NCBI GenBank assembly: GCA_963823655.1
Contig: CAWGMK010000013.1
Span: forward strand, 192,001-256,000
Reading direction: 5' to 3'
Source: an uncultured Bacillota bacterium
Lineage (GTDB): Bacteria; Bacillota; DTU025; MWDF01
DNA length: 64,000 nt
Shown here: one piece after another, positions 9,801-16,837 of the stretch
How positions within the stretch are numbered: position 1 is the first letter of the stretch
Layout: each line of letters opens with the position of its first letter
Position numbers and translations under genes: made by a program
Notes under the pieces: generated by a model
What the model was told of the DNA's origin: nothing
Seen by the model: only the letters and a program-made list of their open reading frames with translations
Database searches by the model: none

Positions 9801-12223
9801 TAGACCTAGAAGGTCCTTTCGCAGTTAGGCTGAATGCAGAAGTACTCGAAAGGCCGGTATACAGGTGGAGCTTCTCTTGGGCCAGGCCGGCTCAAACAGA
9901 TCCTGCAACCAGCTACGACCTAATAATCGACGAGCTGGAGTCAACAGGCACAGTAGTGGAAAGCTCACTGATATTCCACTTGGATGCCACCTCAAAGTCC
10001 ATATATCCTCAGGATCACTTCGACCAGATATTCGGATGGTTCAGATACACCGTGATACCATACGATGCTCTGGGCAACGCAGGCGATCCTGCAAGCATGA
10101 CGTTCCTATTCGAAAAACCTGCACTAACAATGGGTGCAGTTACCCTTAACGATACACGTATTGACTGGGACGATGTGATCGAAGCAGTTAAGTACGACGT
10201 AGAGCTAAAGAGCGACAACGGTACCTACAACTGGTATGGTGTAACCGCAACCGAAGTAATGATAAGCTGGGAGACGATGTTCCCGGGCGCAAACGTATAT
10301 CAGGTATGGCAGGCGAGGGTCAAGGCCTACGACAGGGACGGCAACTCGGGCCTGTGGAGCACATGGGCAAATTATGACAAGCTGTTCCCAGCAGTCAATC
10401 CGTTGACACCGAGCATATACCTGGGAAGCGATCCCGACACACATGCACCGTTAACTCCTATGAACGAGGACGAACTGTATGTGTGGTGGCCAATCATCGG
10501 CAAGCCGGCCGGGTTCTTGAACTGGGATCAGGATCTAATCAGCTACGAGCTCGTTGTGGGAGCAAGCAATGCGAACGGAGCAAGCTCGTTCAAGTACCAC
10601 ATCACCAACTATGAGCTCACCTCTGTGAGGGTTGATGTTGGGGTTCAGGGCTTGGTGACTTCATACAGCTTCCATTTGAACGTCTTCTACGACGGGGAGC
10701 TGTTACTAGCCGGGGACACATCCGCTGGTCCATACATAATCGATCTCAAGGCACCTGCAAATCCTAGCGCACTCAATGAAACAATAGCGGGCGTTAACTT
10801 GTGGAGATTCTGGTGGACAGCGCCTGCTGACTCTGATCTTGCAGGCTATATCTTCGAGCTGCAGAAGTACGATGCTCTAAACAACAAGTGGGCGCCGGCG
10901 TGCGCAAGCGATGAGATCGCTGCCGGCACCAATGAGACGTTCGTCGATCCTCTGATGCTCTATTGGAGCGTGTTCGGAAACTTCAGGTGGAGAGTCATGG
11001 CATATGACAACCTGGGTAACATGAGCGAAGGGGTTTGGGAATTCTTCGCATATACACTTGATGCAGCTCTTGCCCCAAGGACGGTTACTTACGAGCTGCT
11101 GGGCGAGCACAACACTCTCGACATGGGCATCGAATATGCAACGGCGGGTCAAGTAAGGTTCCATTGGAATACTCCTAGCGTTGCAATACCCGGTATCGAT
11201 ATGGGTATGGTGTTCTACAAGGTCGAACTCCTTGTAGGGACCGAAGACGACGGCATGGTGTGGGAGCCTGAGGTAACATACCTAATGCCATGGATACCGA
11301 GCGCAATGAAGGCGAAGTTCGATGTAGGCGAGAGCGGACTAACAAAGCACTACAAAGGACGAGTACAAGCGATATACCTGTCTGAATACAGCGCTTCTGT
11401 TCTGAGTGAAGAGTTTGCTATCGACTTGGAGAGGCCAGAGTTCATAGAAGGAGCCGAGGCGCCGAGTTACAGCAGCACAGACGAGGAGTATCCGAGCTGG
11501 CTGTTCACATGGGACATAGCGACGGATGAGGAAGTAGGCCTAGGAGGGTTCCTGTTCGTACTAGAAAGGCTGGAAGGCGATACGACTCACGCGATAGCGA
11601 TGATCGACCTGCCAGTAGAGTATGAAGAGCCCGAAGACGACAGCATAGGAGCCTACAGCTTCGGCTTCGAGGAAGGCAAGTACCTGTTGGAGATGGATCC
11701 GTTCGAGTACGTAGAGACGATCGACGGCATCTTCCGCTACACGGTAATACCTTACGACAGGCTGGAGAACCTCGGCGGCCCGATAGCAGGGGAGTTCACG
11801 TCGGTATGGTCCGGCGGGGGCAACTACGGCACATACCCGTTCATCAACCTGTATGACAACTGGATGGGTGAGAAGCAGCTAATCGGGACAGTGAACAACA
11901 ACACGTACGCGACGATAACCTTCGACATCTTCGGCCTGGAGGGCTACACGCTGGAGTTCAGGCTCAACGGGACACTGCTTGTAGAGGGCACAGACTTCAG
12001 GCTGATAGACTCGCCGTACGGAAGCGACCTGTACTACCTGGTACTGCTTGAAAGCGTACGCGACATGATACAAGCGGACGACATGGGCGAGCTTGAGATC
12101 TACGCATACGTAGAAGAGGACGACATAGTAGTGCAGTTCACGGTTGATGCGTTCAGTTACATCTACCTGAACCAGAGGACAGGGTTCGGCTTCGGCCGTT
12201 TCCGCCCTGCCCTTAATGACTAG
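3827..12223 (+). CDS. Giant (~2800 aa) secreted repetitive FN3/Ig-like surface protein, paralogue 2
   Basis: GGAGG RBS before ATG 3827; Sec-type signal peptide MRRRNWRSMITAVAVIAIALFVAIPASA; seven ~320-aa repeat units; Trp/Tyr-rich beta-sandwich motifs; no LPxTG, SLH or C-terminal TM helix seen. Confidence 0.9.
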   Translation: MRRRNWRSMITAVAVIAIALFVAIPASAAVSNLSINTTNGSISWAPDAQNFDPLPLADPYGRYYILDYEWEFTQWGGLNLSGNTVGTLIGGDYYSSSYPGLISVDLPGTSGPLPYGIYHLRVRPDILRLLIPDHDWVEYTLLYTEDVSGPRMISVGMSGTSTGATINWTAEAGAERFEVALMGTNGLERKWINVTTTGISFVWSTAFPGQNVYTGWTAFVRAYNSDGVDGPWMQASPSFTLALPEVVPLDFTVSDVFGSALTTGTRTNIREVLVEWPQYTAPNITNFDPNLITFELIAQMSGDSAEKYEVTGINNGTTSINVPVGELGKVISYHFTVDVFYDGVKLSTVIAPDSFDLVIDLKGPAAVTLDTPLLYRPNYLWDFNWTRASETDPQYGADFKIESVEGTLDETVVGTWSRSYSNIASTFGVGVDPRVIFDKIFGRFRVTVTPFDLLGNRGTPVSQVFAFDAPTLSPTITSFNSIEVEWTSATEAVSYDVEIRSENGHYTWLAQTDLSESIDWEALFPGANVYKLWKAKVRAYDRDGNVGAWSAETTFDFQLPQMTTFAYDVLHIDGATANINAPMTDRELLVRWPMLANEPEFMGEVDFLNWDYNKVTFDLEVDIVSSESLANGSSWYYTLIQNQYAVGHIVPVGIEGEETSYSFWIRPLYDGVPLMYWVSEYPYIIDLKGPLAVSLSDVAPVRPPAGAYSWPFVWAAAEEEDSATRYDLIIERLEGTDGTVDASVTISGETQGVTVNPEAYFDYIFGRFRYTVIPYDLLGNAGIPVSKVFTFAAPTLSPTITSFDEVDVTWSEAVEAVSYDVEIRSENGHHLWEGQTDLVETIDWAVLFPDCNVYKTWQARVRAHDRDGNIGAWSDWVDDHSEFNFPLPVQPAMPLIVNTKYNGLAPTDGTAINDRYLLALWTGFTSISPLNFINWDLNKVTYQLDVIRVPGIPFIQVEMRDSDLSPDGYLLQVGEEGDDAMYYIRVQAMYEGVPLSVLSQYGPVIVDLRGPEPVWLADVVTARPIYSWEFDWVPYVEADPAVSYDLIIDRLEAEDGTIDATVKLHLVEEITATIDPTEYFDYIFGTFKYSVIGYDALGNASVPRVKEFTFPAPALTAAISSFDSTAVAWSAVTEAVKYDVEIRSNNGYHMWYGLTATSQAIDWATLFPATNVYQVWSARVRAYDVDGNVGTWSDWYEFNFSLPQIMNYDFSVLKLDFTDAPAMEPMNDRQLLVRFQKMASGPEGFINWDPDLVTFSLEVDCVSMTQPLGGWWTAWHNVTLANLNANWTNGHIVPVGIEDDVVAHAFSLKVLYDDQPMSASYTVKGPYFIDLKGPGAAVLEEVETSRPDYNWLFEWSAPEGPIAPPPGPNGINSIGSGAIVADGPVAPFLSFDPVKFDLVVRRLEALDGTVDAEVWIEILAEEGLPPMFFNMDPEYYFDYIFGSFEYQVISYDNLGNASYSEWMPFTFAAPGLTTVITSFDSAAVAWSSASEAVSYDVEIRSENGHHTWEGQTDLTEEIDWAALFPNCNVYVTWQSRVRAHDRDGHIGLWSEWIDVNSQFIFPLPKISEYLFDVQHVSGTDAAVGVPMNDRELLVQWDRFINAPEGFINWDPNKVTFDLEVDNASTQWYYVLVQNLWPVGHVVPVGVDGTVQVYKFYLRPLYDGVPMMSVWQEMGYYIIDLLAPLQVDLNDVVTERPDYSWAFSWTAAVEDDPATSFDLIIERLEAADGTVDAAVTFHQTGLAKTIDPADYFDYIFATFRYTVIPYDALMNAGTPVSKTFEFAEPGLAMGAVTLVDTGASWGSVAEAVKYDVQLKSDNGTYSWNDVTGLSVAIDWATMFPGANVYQTWQARVRAYDMDGNYGLWSAWASYSKPFPANSAVSFNVLRTSDGAAAPIGVNFKEEALRLTWSQYAMPAGFINWDPDLITFELVATESVDGLPAVITVKQLMANVGSQSVEIEVGVPGEIATYKFKVRAFYDGELLNDGLESSAYLLDLEGPFAVRLNAEVLERPVYRWSFSWARPAQTDPATSYDLIIDELESTGTVVESSLIFHLDATSKSIYPQDHFDQIFGWFRYTVIPYDALGNAGDPASMTFLFEKPALTMGAVTLNDTRIDWDDVIEAVKYDVELKSDNGTYNWYGVTATEVMISWETMFPGANVYQVWQARVKAYDRDGNSGLWSTWANYDKLFPAVNPLTPSIYLGSDPDTHAPLTPMNEDELYVWWPIIGKPAGFLNWDQDLISYELVVGASNANGASSFKYHITNYELTSVRVDVGVQGLVTSYSFHLNVFYDGELLLAGDTSAGPYIIDLKAPANPSALNETIAGVNLWRFWWTAPADSDLAGYIFELQKYDALNNKWAPACASDEIAAGTNETFVDPLMLYWSVFGNFRWRVMAYDNLGNMSEGVWEFFAYTLDAALAPRTVTYELLGEHNTLDMGIEYATAGQVRFHWNTPSVAIPGIDMGMVFYKVELLVGTEDDGMVWEPEVTYLMPWIPSAMKAKFDVGESGLTKHYKGRVQAIYLSEYSASVLSEEFAIDLERPEFIEGAEAPSYSSTDEEYPSWLFTWDIATDEEVGLGGFLFVLERLEGDTTHAIAMIDLPVEYEEPEDDSIGAYSFGFEEGKYLLEMDPFEYVETIDGIFRYTVIPYDRLENLGGPIAGEFTSVWSGGGNYGTYPFINLYDNWMGEKQLIGTVNNNTYATITFDIFGLEGYTLEFRLNGTLLVEGTDFRLIDSPYGSDLYYLVLLESVRDMIQADDMGELEIYAYVEEDDIVVQFTVDAFSYIYLNQRTGFGFGRFRPALND

Positions 12224-12872
12224 CCGAGCGGCGGAACGTAAAGGAGGTAAAGAAGAATGAAAAAGACTCTTAGGGTTCTTGCCGCAGTCCTGGCGTTGAT
12301 GATGCTAGTAGGAATGTCGGGCTGCATCAACGGCGAGTGGGATGAGGCAGAGGCAGACCAGTCAGCGCGCGAGCTGCTTGAGGCATTCGTGGGAGCGATC
12401 GAAGGGTTCGACGTCGACACGATAGACTTCATGCTGGCGGACGGGTTCCAGCTTGAGATCTACGAAGGGTTCGTACACACTCAGACAAAGAGCAGGGCGC
12501 AACTGATGGGCGAGCTGAATGCTGATGAGACCTACCAGCTGACGCTAAGAAGCGAGGGTTATGTGATGGATCTGGCAACCACGGAGCTGATATGCAACGT
12601 GGAGCCGGACGAATTGCTGACGATGCCCGAGTACGAACAGGACTTCGCGGTGGAAGAGCTGGCAGTGATGCTGGGCTTGGATCCGGTATGGGTATCCGAC
12701 ACAGGTAACATGAAGTTCACATTGGTGTGGGATGCGAGCGGCGAATACAAGATCTACCTGATGGAGATCTTCTTCGACGCAAATCCCGAGGAACTGGTAC
12801 CGGAAGACTAGATCAAGCAAGCTGACCGAATAAACGAAGCAGGGGCCGCTCCTTCAATGGGGCGGCCCTTGC
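11413..12872 (+). repeat. 1460-bp direct repeat, copy 2
   Basis: Near-identical to 1971-3430; starts at gtttgctatcgacttgg and ends at the last base of the terminator stem. Confidence 0.95.
12257..12811 (+). CDS. Acidic lipoprotein (copy 2, protein identical to copy 1)
   Basis: Same 184-aa translation as 2815..3369; one synonymous SNP. Confidence 0.8.
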   Translation: MKKTLRVLAAVLALMMLVGMSGCINGEWDEAEADQSARELLEAFVGAIEGFDVDTIDFMLADGFQLEIYEGFVHTQTKSRAQLMGELNADETYQLTLRSEGYVMDLATTELICNVEPDELLTMPEYEQDFAVEELAVMLGLDPVWVSDTGNMKFTLVWDASGEYKIYLMEIFFDANPEELVPED

Positions 12873-12875
12873 CTT
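12837..12875 (+). terminator. Intrinsic terminator (possibly bidirectional)
   Basis: Same hairpin as 3395-3433; lies between convergent genes. Confidence 0.7.
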
Positions 12876-12910
12876 ATATAGAATGCGTGAAATGGTGGGG
12901 CTAGTAGGGG

Positions 12911-13909
12911 CTAGTAATTCTTAAGGATCATGTAGTCGACAGCCCGGTCATTGCGTCCTCTTATTGAGTAAGAATACCTGGAGGACAGTGTGCGGTAGTC
13001 GAGGTTAAGTGGCCGGTAAAGGTCTTCGATGAAAGTAGTGCTCTCAACTATTAGAAGGAAATTCGAATCTAGCCCAGATAGGATGTCTCTGAGATCTGCT
13101 TGCTCCCGTCTTCCGAATTCATTACCTGAATAGCCGCTGAACTCGCTATCATAAGGCGGATCTAGGAATATGAAATCGTCCGCGGACGTCACAATGCTGC
13201 CAAGGAAATCCCTGAAATCCAAGCATGAGAGGCCTGCGTTTCTTAGAAACCCTTTTTGCCCGGCGATTCTTAAGTTGGCGGCCTTTGCCGCTAAATCCTT
13301 CCTGTCATAGGAGAAACCGCCATAGGGGATATTGAAGTGCTTTTTGGAGTTGTATCTGAACATTGAACCGAAACAAAGCTCCCTGATAATAAAAAACAAG
13401 CTGGCTTTGAAGGGATCATCGTTCCCGGTAATCCTTCCGGAATTGTATTCGTCCCTTGCTGCGTAATACAAGGCCGAATGCGCTGCCGTAGATGCTCTTC
13501 TCGAAGTTGCCATGGCTTTACTAATGTAGGAAGAAAGAATCTCAGGCTTGAATACCTGGCTGCCATTAGTTATATGGCCCTCCGAGATTAGCCGGCTTAT
13601 TGCTAGAGTTGAGATTTCGCAGGCGCCATCGGCAGCATTTGCCGCAGCAGCTTCTCCCAACAGGGTGAAGAGCCTGGAAAGGGACTCAACAAGGCCTAGG
13701 AATTCCTCATTTCCGTCTTTCACAAGGGAGTAGAAATTAACAAGCTCCTTGGAAAGGTCATTTACTTCAGAGGACTCGGGTTCGAGTGAGAAGAATAGGG
13801 CGCCGCCTCCCAGGAAAGGCTCGATATACCTGCCATGCTTTGGCACGAGGGGGGCAAGGTGCTTAATCAGCCTTCCTTTTCCGCCCGGCCATTTTATTAG
13901 CGGCTTCAA
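12911..13909 (-). CDS. Dam-family (D12 class) N6-adenine DNA methyltransferase, orphan
   Basis: KWPGGK, EPFLGGGA (motif I), DPPY (motif IV), RYNSKKHFNIPYG; GGAGG RBS before TTG. Confidence 0.9.
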   Translation of the reverse strand: MKPLIKWPGGKGRLIKHLAPLVPKHGRYIEPFLGGGALFFSLEPESSEVNDLSKELVNFYSLVKDGNEEFLGLVESLSRLFTLLGEAAAANAADGACEISTLAISRLISEGHITNGSQVFKPEILSSYISKAMATSRRASTAAHSALYYAARDEYNSGRITGNDDPFKASLFFIIRELCFGSMFRYNSKKHFNIPYGGFSYDRKDLAAKAANLRIAGQKGFLRNAGLSCLDFRDFLGSIVTSADDFIFLDPPYDSEFSGYSGNEFGRREQADLRDILSGLDSNFLLIVESTTFIEDLYRPLNLDYRTLSSRYSYSIRGRNDRAVDYMILKNY

Positions 13910-13983
13910 TGAATAGTCCTCCCCGGAAGTGATAAGATTATTATAGCTTATAAGTCCTTGTCAACCTTACTTATAGGTGTTGT

Positions 13984-14011
13984 TTGAATTCCACTCTGCT
14001 TAGTGTATAAT
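13984..14011 (+). promoter_or_regulatory. Putative sigma-A promoter of ppdK
   Basis: TTGAAT-16 bp-TATAAT. Confidence 0.5.
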
Positions 14012-14071
14012 TTATAAGGTTATTCAATACTTACGAGCATAAACAAATTAACATAGACGGGAGGGCATCTT

Positions 14072-16708
14072 ATGGAAAAGATGGTATATTTCTTCGGCGC
14101 AGGGCTTACTGAAGGATCCGAAGAGATGAGGAACCAATTAGGCGGCAAAGGCTGCAACTTAGCCGGAATGGCAAAACTGGGTCTGCCTGTGCCTCCAGGC
14201 TTCACTATCACAACTGACACATGCAATGCCTACTACGCCTCTGGCGCGAAATGGCCCGAAGGCCTTATCGACCAGGTCAAAGAGAACCTTACTAAACTTG
14301 AGGGCGTAACTGGAAAGAAGCTCGGCTCAAAGGAGAACCCGCTGCTTGTTAGCGTGCGTTCCGGCGCCAGGGCATCCATGCCCGGCATGATGGACACGAT
14401 TCTTAACCTTGGCCTCACTGCTGATACCGTGAAAGCTATGGTTAAGCTGACAGGCAATCCCAGGTTCGCCTATGACAGCTACAGGCGCTTCATTGAGATG
14501 TATTCGGACGTAGTCATGGGAGTAGACCGCCAGAACTTCGAGCATGCGATGGAGGAGCTTAAGCACAAGAAGGGCGTTAAGCTTGACACAGAGCTTGATG
14601 CGGCCGACATGGAGAACCTGACTGCCGAATACAAGGCGATCTACAAGAAGCATTTGGGCGCTGACTTCCCGGAGGAGCCCTGGGTGCAGCTTGAGGGCGC
14701 AATCAACGCTGTGTTCAGCTCCTGGAACAACCAGAGGGCGATAACATACAGGAAGTTAAACGGCATCCCTGGCGAGTGGGGAACAGCAGTCAATGTGCAG
14801 TCGATGGTCTTCGGAAACACCGGAGACGAGTCGGGCACAGGCGTTGCCTTCACGAGAAACCCCTCGACAGGAGAGAACAAGTTCTACGGCGAGTACTTAA
14901 TGAACGCACAGGGCGAAGACGTCGTCGCCGGCATCCGTACGCCTCATCCGATAGCGGACCTGGAAAGGGATATGCCGGACGTATATGCCCAGCTTGTAGC
15001 GATATATAAGAAGCTTGAGAACCATTACAAGGATATGCAGGACATAGAGTTCACCATAGAAAACAGGAAGCTCTACATGCTGCAGACCCGCTCGGGCAAG
15101 CGCACAGGAGCCGCAGCTGTTAAGATCGCCGTAGACATGGTCCATGACGGTTTGATCGATGAGAAAACGGCTATCTTAAGAGTAGCCCCGTCGGCGCTCG
15201 ACCAGCTGCTTCACCCGATGATAGACCCCAAAACCAAGGTAGACGCCGTGGCTAAGGGCCTTCCCGCATCCCCCGGCGCTGCAGTCGGCAAAGTAGTTTT
15301 CAACGCTGAAGACGCTGTCGAATGGTCCGAGAGGGGCGAGAAAGTAGTCCTCGTCCGCACCGAGACTTCTCCTGAGGACATTTCCGGTATGGATGCCGCA
15401 CAGGGCATACTTACTGCAAGGGGCGGTATGACATCACACGCTGCAGTAGTTGCCCGCGGCATGGGCAAATGCTGCGTAGCCGGATGTGGCGATGTACTTG
15501 TCAACGAGAAGAAGAAGGAATTCACTGTAAACGGCCATGTTGTCAAAGAAGGCGACTGGATTACCATAAACGGCAGCACTGGCCAACTGATACTCGGCCA
15601 GGTGCCGCTCGTATCGCCTGAGCTTTCCGGAGACTTCGGCATCCTTATGGGTTGGGCCGACAAGTTCCGTGCCCTCAAAGTAAGAACAAATGCGGACACA
15701 CCCAAGGACGCGGCCCAGGCAAGGTCATTCGGGGCAGAGGGCATAGGCCTCACAAGGACAGAGCATATGTTCTTCGCCGAAGATCGCATCAAGGCAGTAC
15801 GCGAGATGATCCTGGCGGACAATGTTGCCGATAGGAAGACCGCACTTGCCAAAGTACAGCCGTACCAGAAAGAGGACTTCATAGGGATATTCGAGGCCAT
15901 GCAGGGCCTGCCTGTAACAATCAGGCTCCTGGACCCGCCCCTTCACGAGTTCCTTCCGCAGCCGGACATGCACAGACAGATCGAGGAGTTGGCCCATGAG
16001 CTTGGAGTCTCCTCGCAGAAGATAGTAAACAGGATCGAAGCGCTCCATGAGCTGAACCCCATGCTGGGCTTCCGCGGCTGCCGACTCGGTGTAGTATATC
16101 CCGAGATCTTCGACATGCAGATAACGGCTATATTCGAGGCCGCCTGCGAGATGAAGAAGAAGGGCCTGGATGTCATACCCGAAGTCATGTTCCCGCTCGT
16201 GGGAACGACACAAGAGATGAAGATGCTCAAGGATTCGGCAGTGAAGCTTGCTGACGAGATTATCAAGAAGTACGCAGTAAAGCTCGAATACCTTATGGGC
16301 ACCATGATAGAGATCCCCAGGGCCGCAGTTATAGCGGACTTGATCGCTAAGGACGCCGAGTTCTTCAGCTTCGGCACCAACGACTTGACCCAGATGACCT
16401 TCGGCTACAGCCGCGACGATGCCGGCAAGTTCCTTCCCGTCTATGTAGACAAGAAGGTACTCAAGGCTGACCCGTTCCAGACCATAGACACAGAGGGAGT
16501 TGGCAAGCTGGTCGACATGGCAGTTAAACTGGGCCGTTCGACGAGGCCCACGCTCAAGTGCGGTGTCTGCGGCGAGCACGGCGGAGATCCGGATTTAGTC
16601 GAATTCTTCCATGGAGTAGGGCTGAACTACGTTTCATGCTCGCCCTTCAGGGTACCGATCGCCCGCCTTGCGGCGGCACAGGCCAACCTGAAGAACCCCA
16701 GGAAATAG
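14072..16708 (+). CDS. ppdK: Pyruvate, phosphate dikinase
   Basis: LGGKG, PLLVSVRSGARASMPGMMDT, GGMTSHAAVVARG, SFGTNDLTQ; 878 aa. Confidence 0.98.
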   Translation: MEKMVYFFGAGLTEGSEEMRNQLGGKGCNLAGMAKLGLPVPPGFTITTDTCNAYYASGAKWPEGLIDQVKENLTKLEGVTGKKLGSKENPLLVSVRSGARASMPGMMDTILNLGLTADTVKAMVKLTGNPRFAYDSYRRFIEMYSDVVMGVDRQNFEHAMEELKHKKGVKLDTELDAADMENLTAEYKAIYKKHLGADFPEEPWVQLEGAINAVFSSWNNQRAITYRKLNGIPGEWGTAVNVQSMVFGNTGDESGTGVAFTRNPSTGENKFYGEYLMNAQGEDVVAGIRTPHPIADLERDMPDVYAQLVAIYKKLENHYKDMQDIEFTIENRKLYMLQTRSGKRTGAAAVKIAVDMVHDGLIDEKTAILRVAPSALDQLLHPMIDPKTKVDAVAKGLPASPGAAVGKVVFNAEDAVEWSERGEKVVLVRTETSPEDISGMDAAQGILTARGGMTSHAAVVARGMGKCCVAGCGDVLVNEKKKEFTVNGHVVKEGDWITINGSTGQLILGQVPLVSPELSGDFGILMGWADKFRALKVRTNADTPKDAAQARSFGAEGIGLTRTEHMFFAEDRIKAVREMILADNVADRKTALAKVQPYQKEDFIGIFEAMQGLPVTIRLLDPPLHEFLPQPDMHRQIEELAHELGVSSQKIVNRIEALHELNPMLGFRGCRLGVVYPEIFDMQITAIFEAACEMKKKGLDVIPEVMFPLVGTTQEMKMLKDSAVKLADEIIKKYAVKLEYLMGTMIEIPRAAVIADLIAKDAEFFSFGTNDLTQMTFGYSRDDAGKFLPVYVDKKVLKADPFQTIDTEGVGKLVDMAVKLGRSTRPTLKCGVCGEHGGDPDLVEFFHGVGLNYVSCSPFRVPIARLAAAQANLKNPRK

Positions 16709-16725
16709 CAAGGTCGCTAAGAACG

Positions 16726-16762
16726 GCCGGGGGGCAGCTTATACTGCTCCCCGGTTTTATTT
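16726..16762 (+). terminator. Intrinsic terminator after ppdK
   Basis: CCGGGGGGCAG...CTGCTCCCCGG then TTTTATTT. Confidence 0.75.
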
Positions 16763-16837
16763 GCGCCCCGTTGGATGCCAATGGAGGAACAAACAGCACC
16801 CTTCGAGAAATGTATAGTAAAGCGGAGGTGTGTTTAC

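Noticed and set aside
1971-12872. Diversity-generating retroelement (TR/VR pair)
   Set aside because: The repeat is 1460 bp with only four differences (A/G, C/T, G/C, G/T), not adenine-specific, and there is no reverse transcriptase in the window.
1971-12872. Composite transposon or IS pair flanking the giant gene
   Set aside because: The repeat encodes a protein C-terminus and a lipoprotein; no transposase, terminal inverted repeats or target duplication are seen.
15211-16579. Long antisense ORFs (229 and 284 aa) over ppdK, and similar ones over ackA, ffh and the kinase
   Set aside because: Shadow ORFs from codon bias in conserved genes; no RBS or recognisable motifs.
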